A stretch of DNA of 64,000 nt from positions 11,336-75,335 of IMG/VR virus record IMGVR_UViG_3300044712_002452; one strand, 5' to 3'. This DNA is from a virus (Duplodnaviria; Heunggongvirae; Uroviricota; Caudoviricetes). Under the pieces are notes generated by a model. That model had not been told where the DNA came from. It worked only from the letters and a program-made list of their open reading frames with translations, and made no database searches. This document shows, piece by piece, positions 9,855 through 17,573 of the stretch. The translations under genes were made by a program, and so were the position numbers. Positions within the stretch are counted from its first letter, which is position 1. Every line of letters begins with the position of its first letter.

Positions 9855-10433
9855 ATGAGTACTTATACATATCGATTAAATTGGGTAGCGCCTCCGCAGG
9901 CGAACACTGTTTCGCAACAACCTCAATACAAAGAGCGGAACGAAGTGTCTTGGACCAATGCCACGCCTGCTCCGTTGAGCAATACGCAAACCATGGCGTT
10001 GATCCCCAATTTGTTTACCAATGTGATCTATGATTTTCGGGTTGGCGCTGAATGTTTTTCAACGGGATCTACTACGTATTCACCTATTCACAGTTATATT
10101 CTTTTTGATTGTCCTACGTCGGTTACGTTGAATAAGACTCATGAGCAGATTTCGGTTTCGTTTGTCTGGCCGGTCGGTTCGGTAAATCCCGAAAGATTTG
10201 TGGTGATGTTATACAATAACTTGACCGGGGCAGAAGTAGGATCCGTGAATTTGCTGGCCACCGAACGTTCGGCTTTGTTTACGGGGTTGATTGGTAATAC
10301 CCAATATAAAGTACGGATTGTGCCCATTACCGGCACGTATTCAAAAACGGATTGTCCGTTTTCGTTTGTAACCACCAATGAAACACCGGCTTGTGCCAAT
10401 GCAACGGGATTGACCGGTGAAGTATTGACTTAA
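9855..10433 (+). CDS. Tandem fibronectin type III (Ig-like) domain structural protein
   Basis: 'RLNW.AP...QYK...W...IPNL.TNVIYDFRV' and 'FTGLIGNTQYKVRI' FN3 signatures. Confidence 0.65.
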   Translation: MSTYTYRLNWVAPPQANTVSQQPQYKERNEVSWTNATPAPLSNTQTMALIPNLFTNVIYDFRVGAECFSTGSTTYSPIHSYILFDCPTSVTLNKTHEQISVSFVWPVGSVNPERFVVMLYNNLTGAEVGSVNLLATERSALFTGLIGNTQYKVRIVPITGTYSKTDCPFSFVTTNETPACANATGLTGEVLT

Positions 10434-10448
10434 TAAAATTTTAATCCT

Positions 10449-11264
10449 TTGGATATCAGACTCAGATGGGCGCCAGCGCCCGCTATTGATACGGTGGCTC
10501 AACGGGTTCAATACCGTAGAGATGACCAACAGACTTGGGTGACGGCAGCAACCGTGGGTCCAACTATTAGCCAATATGACGTATCCTCTTTGGATTCTGA
10601 GTGGATTTATCATTTTCGGGTAATCAATGTGTGTGGTTCGGGCGGTACCGGTACAACGCATGTTATTCAACAGGCCCTGGTGACTTGTAATAATAATATT
10701 TCCTATTTTTTGACGCCTGCGGGCGATATAGAGTATGTTTTTTCTCCGGTTCAAACCAATGGAATTTCATATTTCAAAATTTCATTGTTTCGTCAAAATG
10801 GTACCGAAGCGGCTTCCAATATACACCCCCGTAAACCGGGCGAGTTGGAAGTTCGGGGATCCTTTACCGGACTGGCGCCGGATCCTCAGTACACGCTGGT
10901 TAAAATCGACGTGTTGAATGAAGACTATAAAGCTTCCTGTGGACCGGTCAATGTGTTGGTGTGTCAAGAAGTCAATACGGTAGATGCGATTTTAAATTTA
11001 TACGGCGGTGCACGTAAACTTTTTCTCAACTGGACACCTTCAGTATTGACAGGTATTCCAAACAACGGGTATCGGATCCGTTATAAAGCGTTGACCGATA
11101 CGGTGTACAAAACCATTTTAATTCCGCGCACGCCGGCGGTATCTAGTTATACGGTGGAAAATTTGACGTTGGCTGAACAAGATGGCGTGGAAGGTTTTAT
11201 TGACGCCATGTGTTCTGATACCGTTTTCACTTCAAAAGCATTTGTGTCCATCATGGGCTCATGA
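10449..11264 (+). CDS. FN3-domain structural protein, paralog of 9855-10433
   Basis: TTG start. 'RLRWAPAP...VQYRR...W...SSLDSEWIYHFRV' and 'LNWTP..NGYRIRYK' motifs. Confidence 0.65.
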   Translation: MDIRLRWAPAPAIDTVAQRVQYRRDDQQTWVTAATVGPTISQYDVSSLDSEWIYHFRVINVCGSGGTGTTHVIQQALVTCNNNISYFLTPAGDIEYVFSPVQTNGISYFKISLFRQNGTEAASNIHPRKPGELEVRGSFTGLAPDPQYTLVKIDVLNEDYKASCGPVNVLVCQEVNTVDAILNLYGGARKLFLNWTPSVLTGIPNNGYRIRYKALTDTVYKTILIPRTPAVSSYTVENLTLAEQDGVEGFIDAMCSDTVFTSKAFVSIMGS

Positions 11265-11289
11265 TTCTCTGGTTTTGTAGTTGGTTTAT

Positions 11290-11322
11290 GCCTGGGTGTG
11301 TCTACGCCCGGGCTTTTATTTT
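11290..11322 (+). terminator. Intrinsic terminator closing the tail-appendage operon
   Basis: GCCTGGGTGT-GTCT-ACGCCCGGGC stem (10 bp, 2 G-U pairs) followed by TTTTATTTT. Confidence 0.65.
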
Positions 11323-11530
11323 CGCTTATAATTTTTCTTATGTTAAGTAGGGTATGCAATTTGTTGCCCATAGATGGACTCTTCCAACCCTGAAATCCGC
11401 TGATTTTCCGTGTAAACCCACTCACCTACCCACCTAAATACCCACTATCCAGATTGAAGAATGGTAATATCTGGTATGGATAGATATAGGGCCGGTGCTA
11501 ACTTTTTCGTTATCAAAGCGTTGCTGACGG

Positions 11531-11672
11531 TTCAGGCAACAAATTGCATACGTTCAGGCGACAGATTGCAGATGTTCAAGCCACTGATTGCAGATTTTGG
11601 GGCAACAAAATGCAGATGTTCGCGCAACGGATTGCAGAACGTTTTACATTTACGGGCAACAAATTGCAGATG
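11531..11672 (+). repeat. Iteron array of a plasmid replication origin: six 22-bp direct repeats, consensus TTCAGGCAACA(A/G)ATTGCAGATG
   Basis: Five head-to-tail 22-bp units start at 11531, 11553, 11575, 11597 and 11619. A sixth starts at 11651 (offset 32 bp). The array sits immediately upstream of the Rep gene. Confidence 0.85.
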
Positions 11673-11675
11673 GTT

Positions 11676-12596
11676 ATGGAAATTCAGAAGATTAACCGGC
11701 AGCCCAATCGCATTACCATGGCTCAGCAAAACTACTCTTTGCTGCAGAAGCGAATATTATACCTGGTTATCAATCAGATGCGCTTAGGGGGTGAACAACG
11801 CAATTTATTTGAAGAAACTGAGTACACCTTTCCCATTAAATTATTGGGGGATCGGAACTATCTGCGGGTCCGAGAAGCCGCAATTAGTTTACTGAAAATT
11901 CCAATCGTGTTGGTAGACAATGTTACCGCACGAGAACTGGATGCATTCGCTCCGATCGCGCGCGTCAACGTATCTAAGGCGGGCATGCTGACCATTAAAT
12001 TCTCGCAAGATGGTATGCGGCATTTTCAAGAAATATCCGAAGGATACACGTCTTATGGCTTGGATTACGCTATGAGTTTAGAAAGCACCTTTTCGCAACG
12101 GATGTATGAAATGCTATCGAGCTGGCGCAATAAAGGCGCTTGGCGTAATGTATCGCTGGATGCTTTGAAGAAACGGTTGTCATTGGAAGGCAAATACCCC
12201 AAATTCAGTTCGTTTGAACAAAGGGTACTCTTACGTGCGCAGGAAGAACTCTATGAAAAAACCGATATCTCTTTTGATTATACGGTGCAAACGGAAGGCC
12301 GCAAAGTAGTCGCGCTGCAATTTATGATCAAAAGCAAACCAACCGGTCTTCATTTGGATGCGCAACAAGAAGCCCAGGCTGTGGCTGAAGTGCCGATGGG
12401 TACCATGATGGCCTATCTAATCGAAGCGTTCAAGCGGTATCGGTTTTCCATAGATGAAGAAAAGAAGATCCTTAACGATCCGGCGCTCCGGGCGCGCTTT
12501 GTGGATGTGCACACTCGTATCAGCCATGGCGCGGTACAGATACAACGGGAAGATGGAGATCCCACTCCCCTAGCCCGGGTGCACGTTTTTGGTTAA
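11676..12596 (+). CDS. Plasmid replication initiator protein (Rep_3 / RepB-like winged-helix)
   Basis: 'RQPNRITMAQQNYSLLQKRIL', 'YAMSLESTFSQRMYEML..W', 'SLDALKKRL...YPKFSSFEQRVLLRAQEEL', 'EGRKVVALQF'. True start is probably the ATG at 11670 or 11676, after the iterons. Confidence 0.88.
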   Translation: MEIQKINRQPNRITMAQQNYSLLQKRILYLVINQMRLGGEQRNLFEETEYTFPIKLLGDRNYLRVREAAISLLKIPIVLVDNVTARELDAFAPIARVNVSKAGMLTIKFSQDGMRHFQEISEGYTSYGLDYAMSLESTFSQRMYEMLSSWRNKGAWRNVSLDALKKRLSLEGKYPKFSSFEQRVLLRAQEELYEKTDISFDYTVQTEGRKVVALQFMIKSKPTGLHLDAQQEAQAVAEVPMGTMMAYLIEAFKRYRFSIDEEKKILNDPALRARFVDVHTRISHGAVQIQREDGDPTPLARVHVFG

Positions 12597-12953
12597 TTGC
12601 TGTAGCTTTTGTTTGAGTAAATCAATGTGCTCTTGTTGTTGAGCGATGATCCGCCGCAGCATGCTGGTTTCTTCCAGGCTTTGATTGGGATGCGCAATTT
12701 GTACGCGCATATCCTGACCACTCTTTCGGGCCAAATACAAGGCTTCTACTTCGGCTTCCAAACAAGACTCCATTTCCATCGGCGAGATTTTGAAATAATC
12801 GGCGATTTTGATAATAGTGGCCGGCGAAGGCGTAACGGCATTTCGTTCGTAGGTATCAACCATGCCCCGGCTTAAACCGAAGAGTTCACCAAATTCTTTT
12901 TGGGTAAATTTTTGGGTGTTGCGCAATCGACGCAAATTGTTTCCGAGTGCCAT
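12570..12953 (-). CDS. XRE-family HTH transcriptional regulator (repressor-like)
   Basis: 'LGNNLRRLRNTQKFTQKEFGELFGLSRGMVDTYERNAVTPS..TIIKIADYF' HTH_3 signature and a C-terminal coiled coil. No S24 peptidase domain. Confidence 0.85.
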   Translation of the reverse strand: MALGNNLRRLRNTQKFTQKEFGELFGLSRGMVDTYERNAVTPSPATIIKIADYFKISPMEMESCLEAEVEALYLARKSGQDMRVQIAHPNQSLEETSMLRRIIAQQQEHIDLLKQKLQQLTKNVHPG

Positions 12954-13023
12954 ACTTGTAATTTTAGGTGTTTGCTATTTTTTAATAGCACGGCCGGTGC
13001 GTGCTACAAATTCATTGTATTTG

Positions 13024-13440
13024 CTATTTTTTTGACGACCGAGCTTTTTCCATGAGTTTAACATGCTCCGGCCTTTCTTCAATGGTGCCTCCCCCTCTAT
13101 TTTCTTTTTTGAATAACATTTCCAGGGCTTCTTCAACCAAAGAGCGCTGCGATACCGACTCCCCTTTTAAGGATCGCTGGTACACTAAATTCCGAAGCGT
13201 ATTGATATAATCGGTTCGGATATACACCGTGTACTTCTCCCCTTTTTCCGATACTTGAACGATTTCAGGTTCGACGGGTTTTACTGCTTTCGGTATATCG
13301 GGTATTACTGTATTCGGTATTTCGGGTTCATCTGTTTTAAAGGGAACGGTATTGCGGAGTAGCAATCCACGGATACCTCCCTCCGATTCTTTATCAGTGG
13401 GTGTTTGGGGGATGTTTATTTTTTTGGTCATGGGATGCAA
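13024..13440 (-). CDS. Small partition (centromere-binding) protein, ribbon-helix-helix-like
   Basis: Directly downstream of parA. Disordered N-terminus followed by 'KYTVYIRTDYINTLRNL...SQRSLVEEALEMLF' (beta-alpha-alpha pattern). Confidence 0.6.
   Translation of the reverse strand: MHPMTKKINIPQTPTDKESEGGIRGLLLRNTVPFKTDEPEIPNTVIPDIPKAVKPVEPEIVQVSEKGEKYTVYIRTDYINTLRNLVYQRSLKGESVSQRSLVEEALEMLFKKENRGGGTIEERPEHVKLMEKARSSKK
13288..13326. repeat. Cluster of short (C/G)GGTAT(A/T)-like repeats, parS/centromere candidate 1
   Basis: GTAT cores at 13293, 13302, 13310 and 13317. TTTCGGTATATC (13288) is identical to 14271. Confidence 0.45.
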
Positions 13441-13442
13441 GT

Positions 13443-14252
13443 TTAGGGTAAAGAAATATTGATTCGTACTGCTACTTCAGCCAGCAAATTTTGGTAGTCT
13501 TCGGCTGCGTTGCTGTTGGGGGCATGTTTGAATATACTTTCGCCGGCCGTGGCCGCTTCGGTTAAAGCGACTCCTTCGCGGATCATCGTGTTTAATACTT
13601 GGACCTCGGTGCCGGCAAATTTATCCCGTACACTTTGTTCAATGCTGCGGTTGATAGTCTTGTGTTTACTGTACTGATTGAAGATGATCCCCCCTACCCT
13701 TAAATGCGGATTCAAGCCGCCGGTTTTAATGGCGGTGTACATTTCTAAAATCCGGTCTACCCCGATCATAGCGTAATACTGTGATTGCAACGGTATAAAA
13801 AACCAATCCGCCGCTACCAGCGCGTTGATGGTTACCAATCCCAAAGACGGTGGACAGTCCAGCAAAATCAAATCGTATTGATTTACAAAAGGTGCCAGGA
13901 TTTTTTTCAGTAAGCTTTCCCGCATGAGCGCGGCGGAGATCTCAATTTCAATGGCCGCCATATCCAAGCTTGAAGGAATCAAGGATAGATCCCGGTACTT
14001 GTCGGGTTTTACGGCATACCTGATAGCTTGTTCACCGGTATTACGGAATGCCGTATATATGGTATTCGGAATAACGGATTCATTTTGAAGCAGGGTTTGG
14101 GTCAGGTTGCATTGGGAGTCTAAATCTACGCATAGTACCCGCAGACCTTTTTGGGCAAACCCAAAAGCTAAATTGGCAACCGTAGTGGTTTTTCCGACGC
14201 CCCCTTTGTGGTTGGCCATAGCCACAATGATCGCTTTGTTCGTTTGTTTCAT
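13443..14252 (-). CDS. parA: ParA/Soj-family partition ATPase
   Basis: Deviant Walker A 'NHKGGVGKTTT', 'VDLDSQCNLT', 'YDLILLDCPPSLG..TINALVAAD'. Confidence 0.95.
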   Translation of the reverse strand: MKQTNKAIIVAMANHKGGVGKTTTVANLAFGFAQKGLRVLCVDLDSQCNLTQTLLQNESVIPNTIYTAFRNTGEQAIRYAVKPDKYRDLSLIPSSLDMAAIEIEISAALMRESLLKKILAPFVNQYDLILLDCPPSLGLVTINALVAADWFFIPLQSQYYAMIGVDRILEMYTAIKTGGLNPHLRVGGIIFNQYSKHKTINRSIEQSVRDKFAGTEVQVLNTMIREGVALTEAATAGESIFKHAPNSNAAEDYQNLLAEVAVRINISLP

Positions 14253-14257
14253 GTTTT

Positions 14258-14290
14258 AGGTATTTACTGTTTTCGGTATATCCGGTATAC
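14258..14290. repeat. GGTAT repeat cluster at the parA 5' end, parS/operator candidate 2
   Basis: AGGTATT-ACTGTTTT-CGGTATA-TCCGGTATA directly upstream of the parA start codon. Confidence 0.45.
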
Positions 14291-14418
14291 AGGTGTGCCT
14301 GCATACAGATAATATTTAATGCAATATAAAAGGAATTATGGTACACCCAAAATATTTAAAACGGGTGAGCAGATAGTCGGTAAAACAGATGAGTAAGCAT
14401 ACCTTATAGCTTGAAAAT

Positions 14419-14456
14419 CAGTATTAAGGTATTCGGTATAACAGTATAACGGTAAC
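14419..14456. repeat. GGTAT repeat cluster, parS candidate 3
   Basis: GTAT/GTAA cores at 14421, 14429, 14436, 14444 and 14452 (7-8 bp period). GTATTCGGTAT is identical to 13310-13320. Confidence 0.5.
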
Positions 14457-14502
14457 ACCATTTATACGTTAAACGTGTATTATGTAATGCGGTATATTTT
14501 CG

Positions 14503-14534
14503 TTTGTTCGAAAAGGTTGATTATCTTATATTTG
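14503..14534 (+). promoter_or_regulatory. Bacteroidota housekeeping-type promoter (-33 TTTG / -7 TAnnTTTG)
   Basis: TTTG at 14503-14506, a 20-nt spacer, TATATTTG at 14527-14534 and an ATG at 14553. Confidence 0.65.
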
Positions 14535-14552
14535 AACCATCCGATCCACTCT

Positions 14553-15908
14553 ATGAAAGATTTTAAGAAGGTCTATGAAGCTATGATTAAGCGTTCTCCA
14601 AAGCGAGACGAAATTATAGCGGCTGAATGCGGCATGACGCTTGATCGGTTTCGAGGCACCCGAGAAATCATACGGCATGTTGAAAAAGAATTTAACATTC
14701 AAAGCCGAAACATCCTCAGATCTTTTGTTGAAAAAAAACTTTCAGAAGGTTCTGAGGATTTTTCATTATCCAAAACTGAAGTTCAAGCTGTCGAAAATAT
14801 TGCCAAGTCTGCGGTTTATCACAAGCTTACCGGCCGGGTGGTATCGGATGATACCAATTTAGATAAAGGGGAGCGGAATTTAACACTGGTAACCAATCGG
14901 GAGCCTTTGAATCCTGAAGAGATAATCAAACTCCTTAAAATAGATACAACCAAGTGGTATCTGGCCGGTTACTGGAATAAACAACAAAGCATCGGTTGGC
15001 GGGTGTCGGCCAATGTGGTTCGGATCAAAGAGAAGCCTGTCGATAAATTGGCTCAAGTTATTCAAAGCTGGAAGCCCCGGCCGATTTCCAAAATTACCGC
15101 CCTAGGAAACGCGGTTGATTCTGAACCTTGCATGGTCGTTATTTCCATGCAGGATCTGCATTTTGGAAAGCGCAACAATGACTCCATTCGAAAAGATTAT
15201 CTCTCAGCATTAGAATACCTAATCACCCAAAGCGTTCGGGTGGCCGCCGTTGAAGAAGTGTTGTTGGTGTTGGGCGGTGACCTTTTGAATATGGACACTT
15301 TTGATGGTACGACCACTAAAGGTACCCCTGTCGAAAACGGCTTGCTGGCCACTGAAACTTATCGGGTAGCCCTGGATACCAAGATTGAAGCAATCACTTT
15401 ATGCGCTCAACTGGTTCCTAAAGTTCGGGTGGTGTACATTCCCGGTAACCACGACCGCTTATCCAGTTTTCACCTGATGGATGCCGTCACCCGAATTTTT
15501 CAAAAGAATCCCCAAATCCAATTTGACAACGCTTACCAAGAGCGCAAAGCTATTTTATACGGAAAGAATTTTATTGGGCTTGAGCACGGAGATGTGTCTA
15601 TCAAACAATCACCCATGGTGTTTGCTACCGAGTTTTCTAAAGCCTGGGGAACATCTGTATACCGGACTTTGTACACCGGCCACTTACACAAAAATAAAAA
15701 AGTTGAATATGTTGTTGAAGATGAAACAAACGGGCTCGACGTTAAAATCATGCCGTCGCTTTGTTGCGAAGACTACTATCATAAACACAACAAGTGGACG
15801 GGTAACAAGCGACGCGGGATTGCCGAAGTCCACAAGAAATCAGGGGGAATCCTTGCCCAGTTCCACTTCTTTGCCGACAGTCAAAAAAAAGGAAAAACGC
15901 GAAAATAA
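14553..15908 (+). CDS. Calcineurin-like metallophosphoesterase with N-terminal extension
   Basis: QDLHFG, GGDLLNMD, PGNHD, EHGD and TGHLH motifs. The start is moved to the ATG at 14553, downstream of the promoter. Confidence 0.85.
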   Translation: MKDFKKVYEAMIKRSPKRDEIIAAECGMTLDRFRGTREIIRHVEKEFNIQSRNILRSFVEKKLSEGSEDFSLSKTEVQAVENIAKSAVYHKLTGRVVSDDTNLDKGERNLTLVTNREPLNPEEIIKLLKIDTTKWYLAGYWNKQQSIGWRVSANVVRIKEKPVDKLAQVIQSWKPRPISKITALGNAVDSEPCMVVISMQDLHFGKRNNDSIRKDYLSALEYLITQSVRVAAVEEVLLVLGGDLLNMDTFDGTTTKGTPVENGLLATETYRVALDTKIEAITLCAQLVPKVRVVYIPGNHDRLSSFHLMDAVTRIFQKNPQIQFDNAYQERKAILYGKNFIGLEHGDVSIKQSPMVFATEFSKAWGTSVYRTLYTGHLHKNKKVEYVVEDETNGLDVKIMPSLCCEDYYHKHNKWTGNKRRGIAEVHKKSGGILAQFHFFADSQKKGKTRK

Positions 15909-16281
15909 ATTCAAACTCGAAATCCCTATCTACAATACAATCTTGTATGTACAAATAGGAGGGAACGAAAAAGATATTCGGGAGTATATCGCTTCCGAAG
16001 GTGGGATAGGATTTAACCCTTCCGAAATTAATGTAGAAACCCTGGCCATTACCTATGAATTAAGCGATTGCCGGTATTTGATTTGGTTTCGGGATTATCG
16101 TAATACACCCAAATTTATAGGGGTTCTGGCGCATGAAGTGTATCACTTTGTACATTTTATGATGCGCAACATAGGTCAAGAACCCAGTGAAGATTCAGAA
16201 GAAAGTTATGCTTATCTGGTCGGCTACACGGTCGAGAATATATCTATGCGCTTGCAGGGGAAAGCGGAAAAAAAATCGTAA
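15871..16281 (+). CDS. Small phage HExxH (zincin-like) protein
   Basis: 'VLAHEVYH...SEESYAYLVGY'. No ATG near the conserved part; an in-frame TTG at 15871 is assumed as the start, so the start is uncertain. Confidence 0.55.
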   Translation: MPTVKKKEKRENKFKLEIPIYNTILYVQIGGNEKDIREYIASEGGIGFNPSEINVETLAITYELSDCRYLIWFRDYRNTPKFIGVLAHEVYHFVHFMMRNIGQEPSEDSEESYAYLVGYTVENISMRLQGKAEKKS

Positions 16282-16286
16282 ATTCT
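16274..16286 (+). promoter_or_regulatory. TCGTA-type promoter-like motif (AATCGTAAATTCT)
   Basis: Variant of the 6112/6743 motif, upstream of the ATG at 16301. Confidence 0.35.
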
Positions 16287-16300
16287 TAATAGCTCTTTGT

Positions 16301-16909
16301 ATGAAAACCACACAAAACCTGGAAAGCTTTAAAAAGCCGGACTTAAAAGCACCCCGGTATCGCAAGAAAGTTCACAACCCCATCAACAAATTGTTGTTTG
16401 CTTCCCTGCGATATCAGCATGAATGTCTGCGGGAAATGAGTGACGATGAAATGCGAGCTCATCTGAGATACTATTTACAGATGATTCGCACTGAAATCTT
16501 GCAGCATCCTGATGGATCCGAATTGAACAATCTGTTGGGCATCATTTTTATCGGTAGTACCGCCAGTCCGCGGAAGCGTTATTTTGGCGTAGACTGTGTA
16601 AAGTCGATTGCTTTGGGTAAAAAAGTGCATCATAAAAATTGGGAAACCGATGGCTTGACGTGCAATATATTTTACACCAATTTTTACCAGCGATTCACGT
16701 TTCGCTTTCGGGAACTCTGGCGCTTTGAAGCAGACAAAAAGTTAAAAAAAGGGGGATCGGATGCGTTTAAAGAAGACCATCAACGGTTTGTACAAGTCGA
16801 GCCCTGGATGACAATATCCAAAATGTTCAATTTATATACCAAGCGACAGCGATTCAAAGCTGAGGTTGCCAGTCAGTTGCGTAACCTTCCTGATGAATTC
16901 GCGCTCTAA
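16301..16909 (+). CDS. crAss-like IHF/HU-like conserved protein
   Basis: 'FKKPDLKAPRYRKK' N-terminus and 'IFYTN...YRF..ELWRF' resemble the IHF-like gene found beside tail genes in crAss-like phages. Recalled from memory, not searched. Confidence 0.5.
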   Translation: MKTTQNLESFKKPDLKAPRYRKKVHNPINKLLFASLRYQHECLREMSDDEMRAHLRYYLQMIRTEILQHPDGSELNNLLGIIFIGSTASPRKRYFGVDCVKSIALGKKVHHKNWETDGLTCNIFYTNFYQRFTFRFRELWRFEADKKLKKGGSDAFKEDHQRFVQVEPWMTISKMFNLYTKRQRFKAEVASQLRNLPDEFAL

Positions 16910-16920
16910 AAATTCGTGAT

Positions 16921-17568
16921 ATGCAGACTATCGGTTATAATGTATCGATGTTAAGGCGGGAAATCAAAGCGATGAGCGTAGACGTACAGCTCACCGATCG
17001 GTATTTGTATAACCTATTGATGAAACACGCCGATTGGTTGATTAAGCGGGAAGATGATAAATGGCGGGTGCTCAATCAAGAAGATGTGCTGCAGCCTTGG
17101 GAAGTAGGAATGGAAGAAGTATTGCTGGTAGCGGGATTTAAAAAAACCGTTTATCGGTCTACGGCCACTATTCCCCCTTTATTTGAAGGTACCAACGGAT
17201 TGTTGATTCGGGGTGTTACTACGCTGGACGGTTCTGAAGAAATTGTTCTTGTTAGCCGTAGTCGCTACGAAAACATTCAAAAGCAAAGTTCCCGTAAGTA
17301 CAATAAAACCCGATATGCTTGGATAGAAAAAGGGTATCTGTATACCTTGGATTCAGAACTGGAAGGATTGCGGGTAGAAGGCTTATTTAAGCAAACCGTT
17401 TCTTCAAACGGTTGTGAAGATGTACAATGCATTCCTGCACAAAAGCAAGGGTTTTATGTGCCGGAATTTTTGATGGCTGAAATGTTTTCTCACGCAGTTC
17501 AAGATTTGCGCAATATGTTCGGTATTCCAACGGATACCCAAATGGATCTTAAAAATGTGGCTCAATAA
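16921..17568 (+). CDS. Tail ring / head-tail adaptor protein
   Basis: Size and position before the muzzle gene. 'YNKTRYAWIEKGYLY...EGLRVEGLF' motif. Confidence 0.55.
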   Translation: MQTIGYNVSMLRREIKAMSVDVQLTDRYLYNLLMKHADWLIKREDDKWRVLNQEDVLQPWEVGMEEVLLVAGFKKTVYRSTATIPPLFEGTNGLLIRGVTTLDGSEEIVLVSRSRYENIQKQSSRKYNKTRYAWIEKGYLYTLDSELEGLRVEGLFKQTVSSNGCEDVQCIPAQKQGFYVPEFLMAEMFSHAVQDLRNMFGIPTDTQMDLKNVAQ

Positions 17569-17573
17569 AACCT

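Noticed and set aside
11531-11672. 22-bp repeats as a CRISPR array
   Set aside because: The repeats are head-to-tail with no spacers, no cas genes are present, and the position upstream of rep fits iterons.
11544-11675. N-terminal extension of Rep given by the ORF track
   Set aside because: It simply reads through the iterons (period 22, not a multiple of 3). The Rep_3-like motifs start after 11676.
15481-15870. 5' part of the 266-aa ORF 15481-16281
   Set aside because: It lies entirely in an alternative frame of the conserved phosphoesterase core. Only the C-terminal half looks like a real protein.
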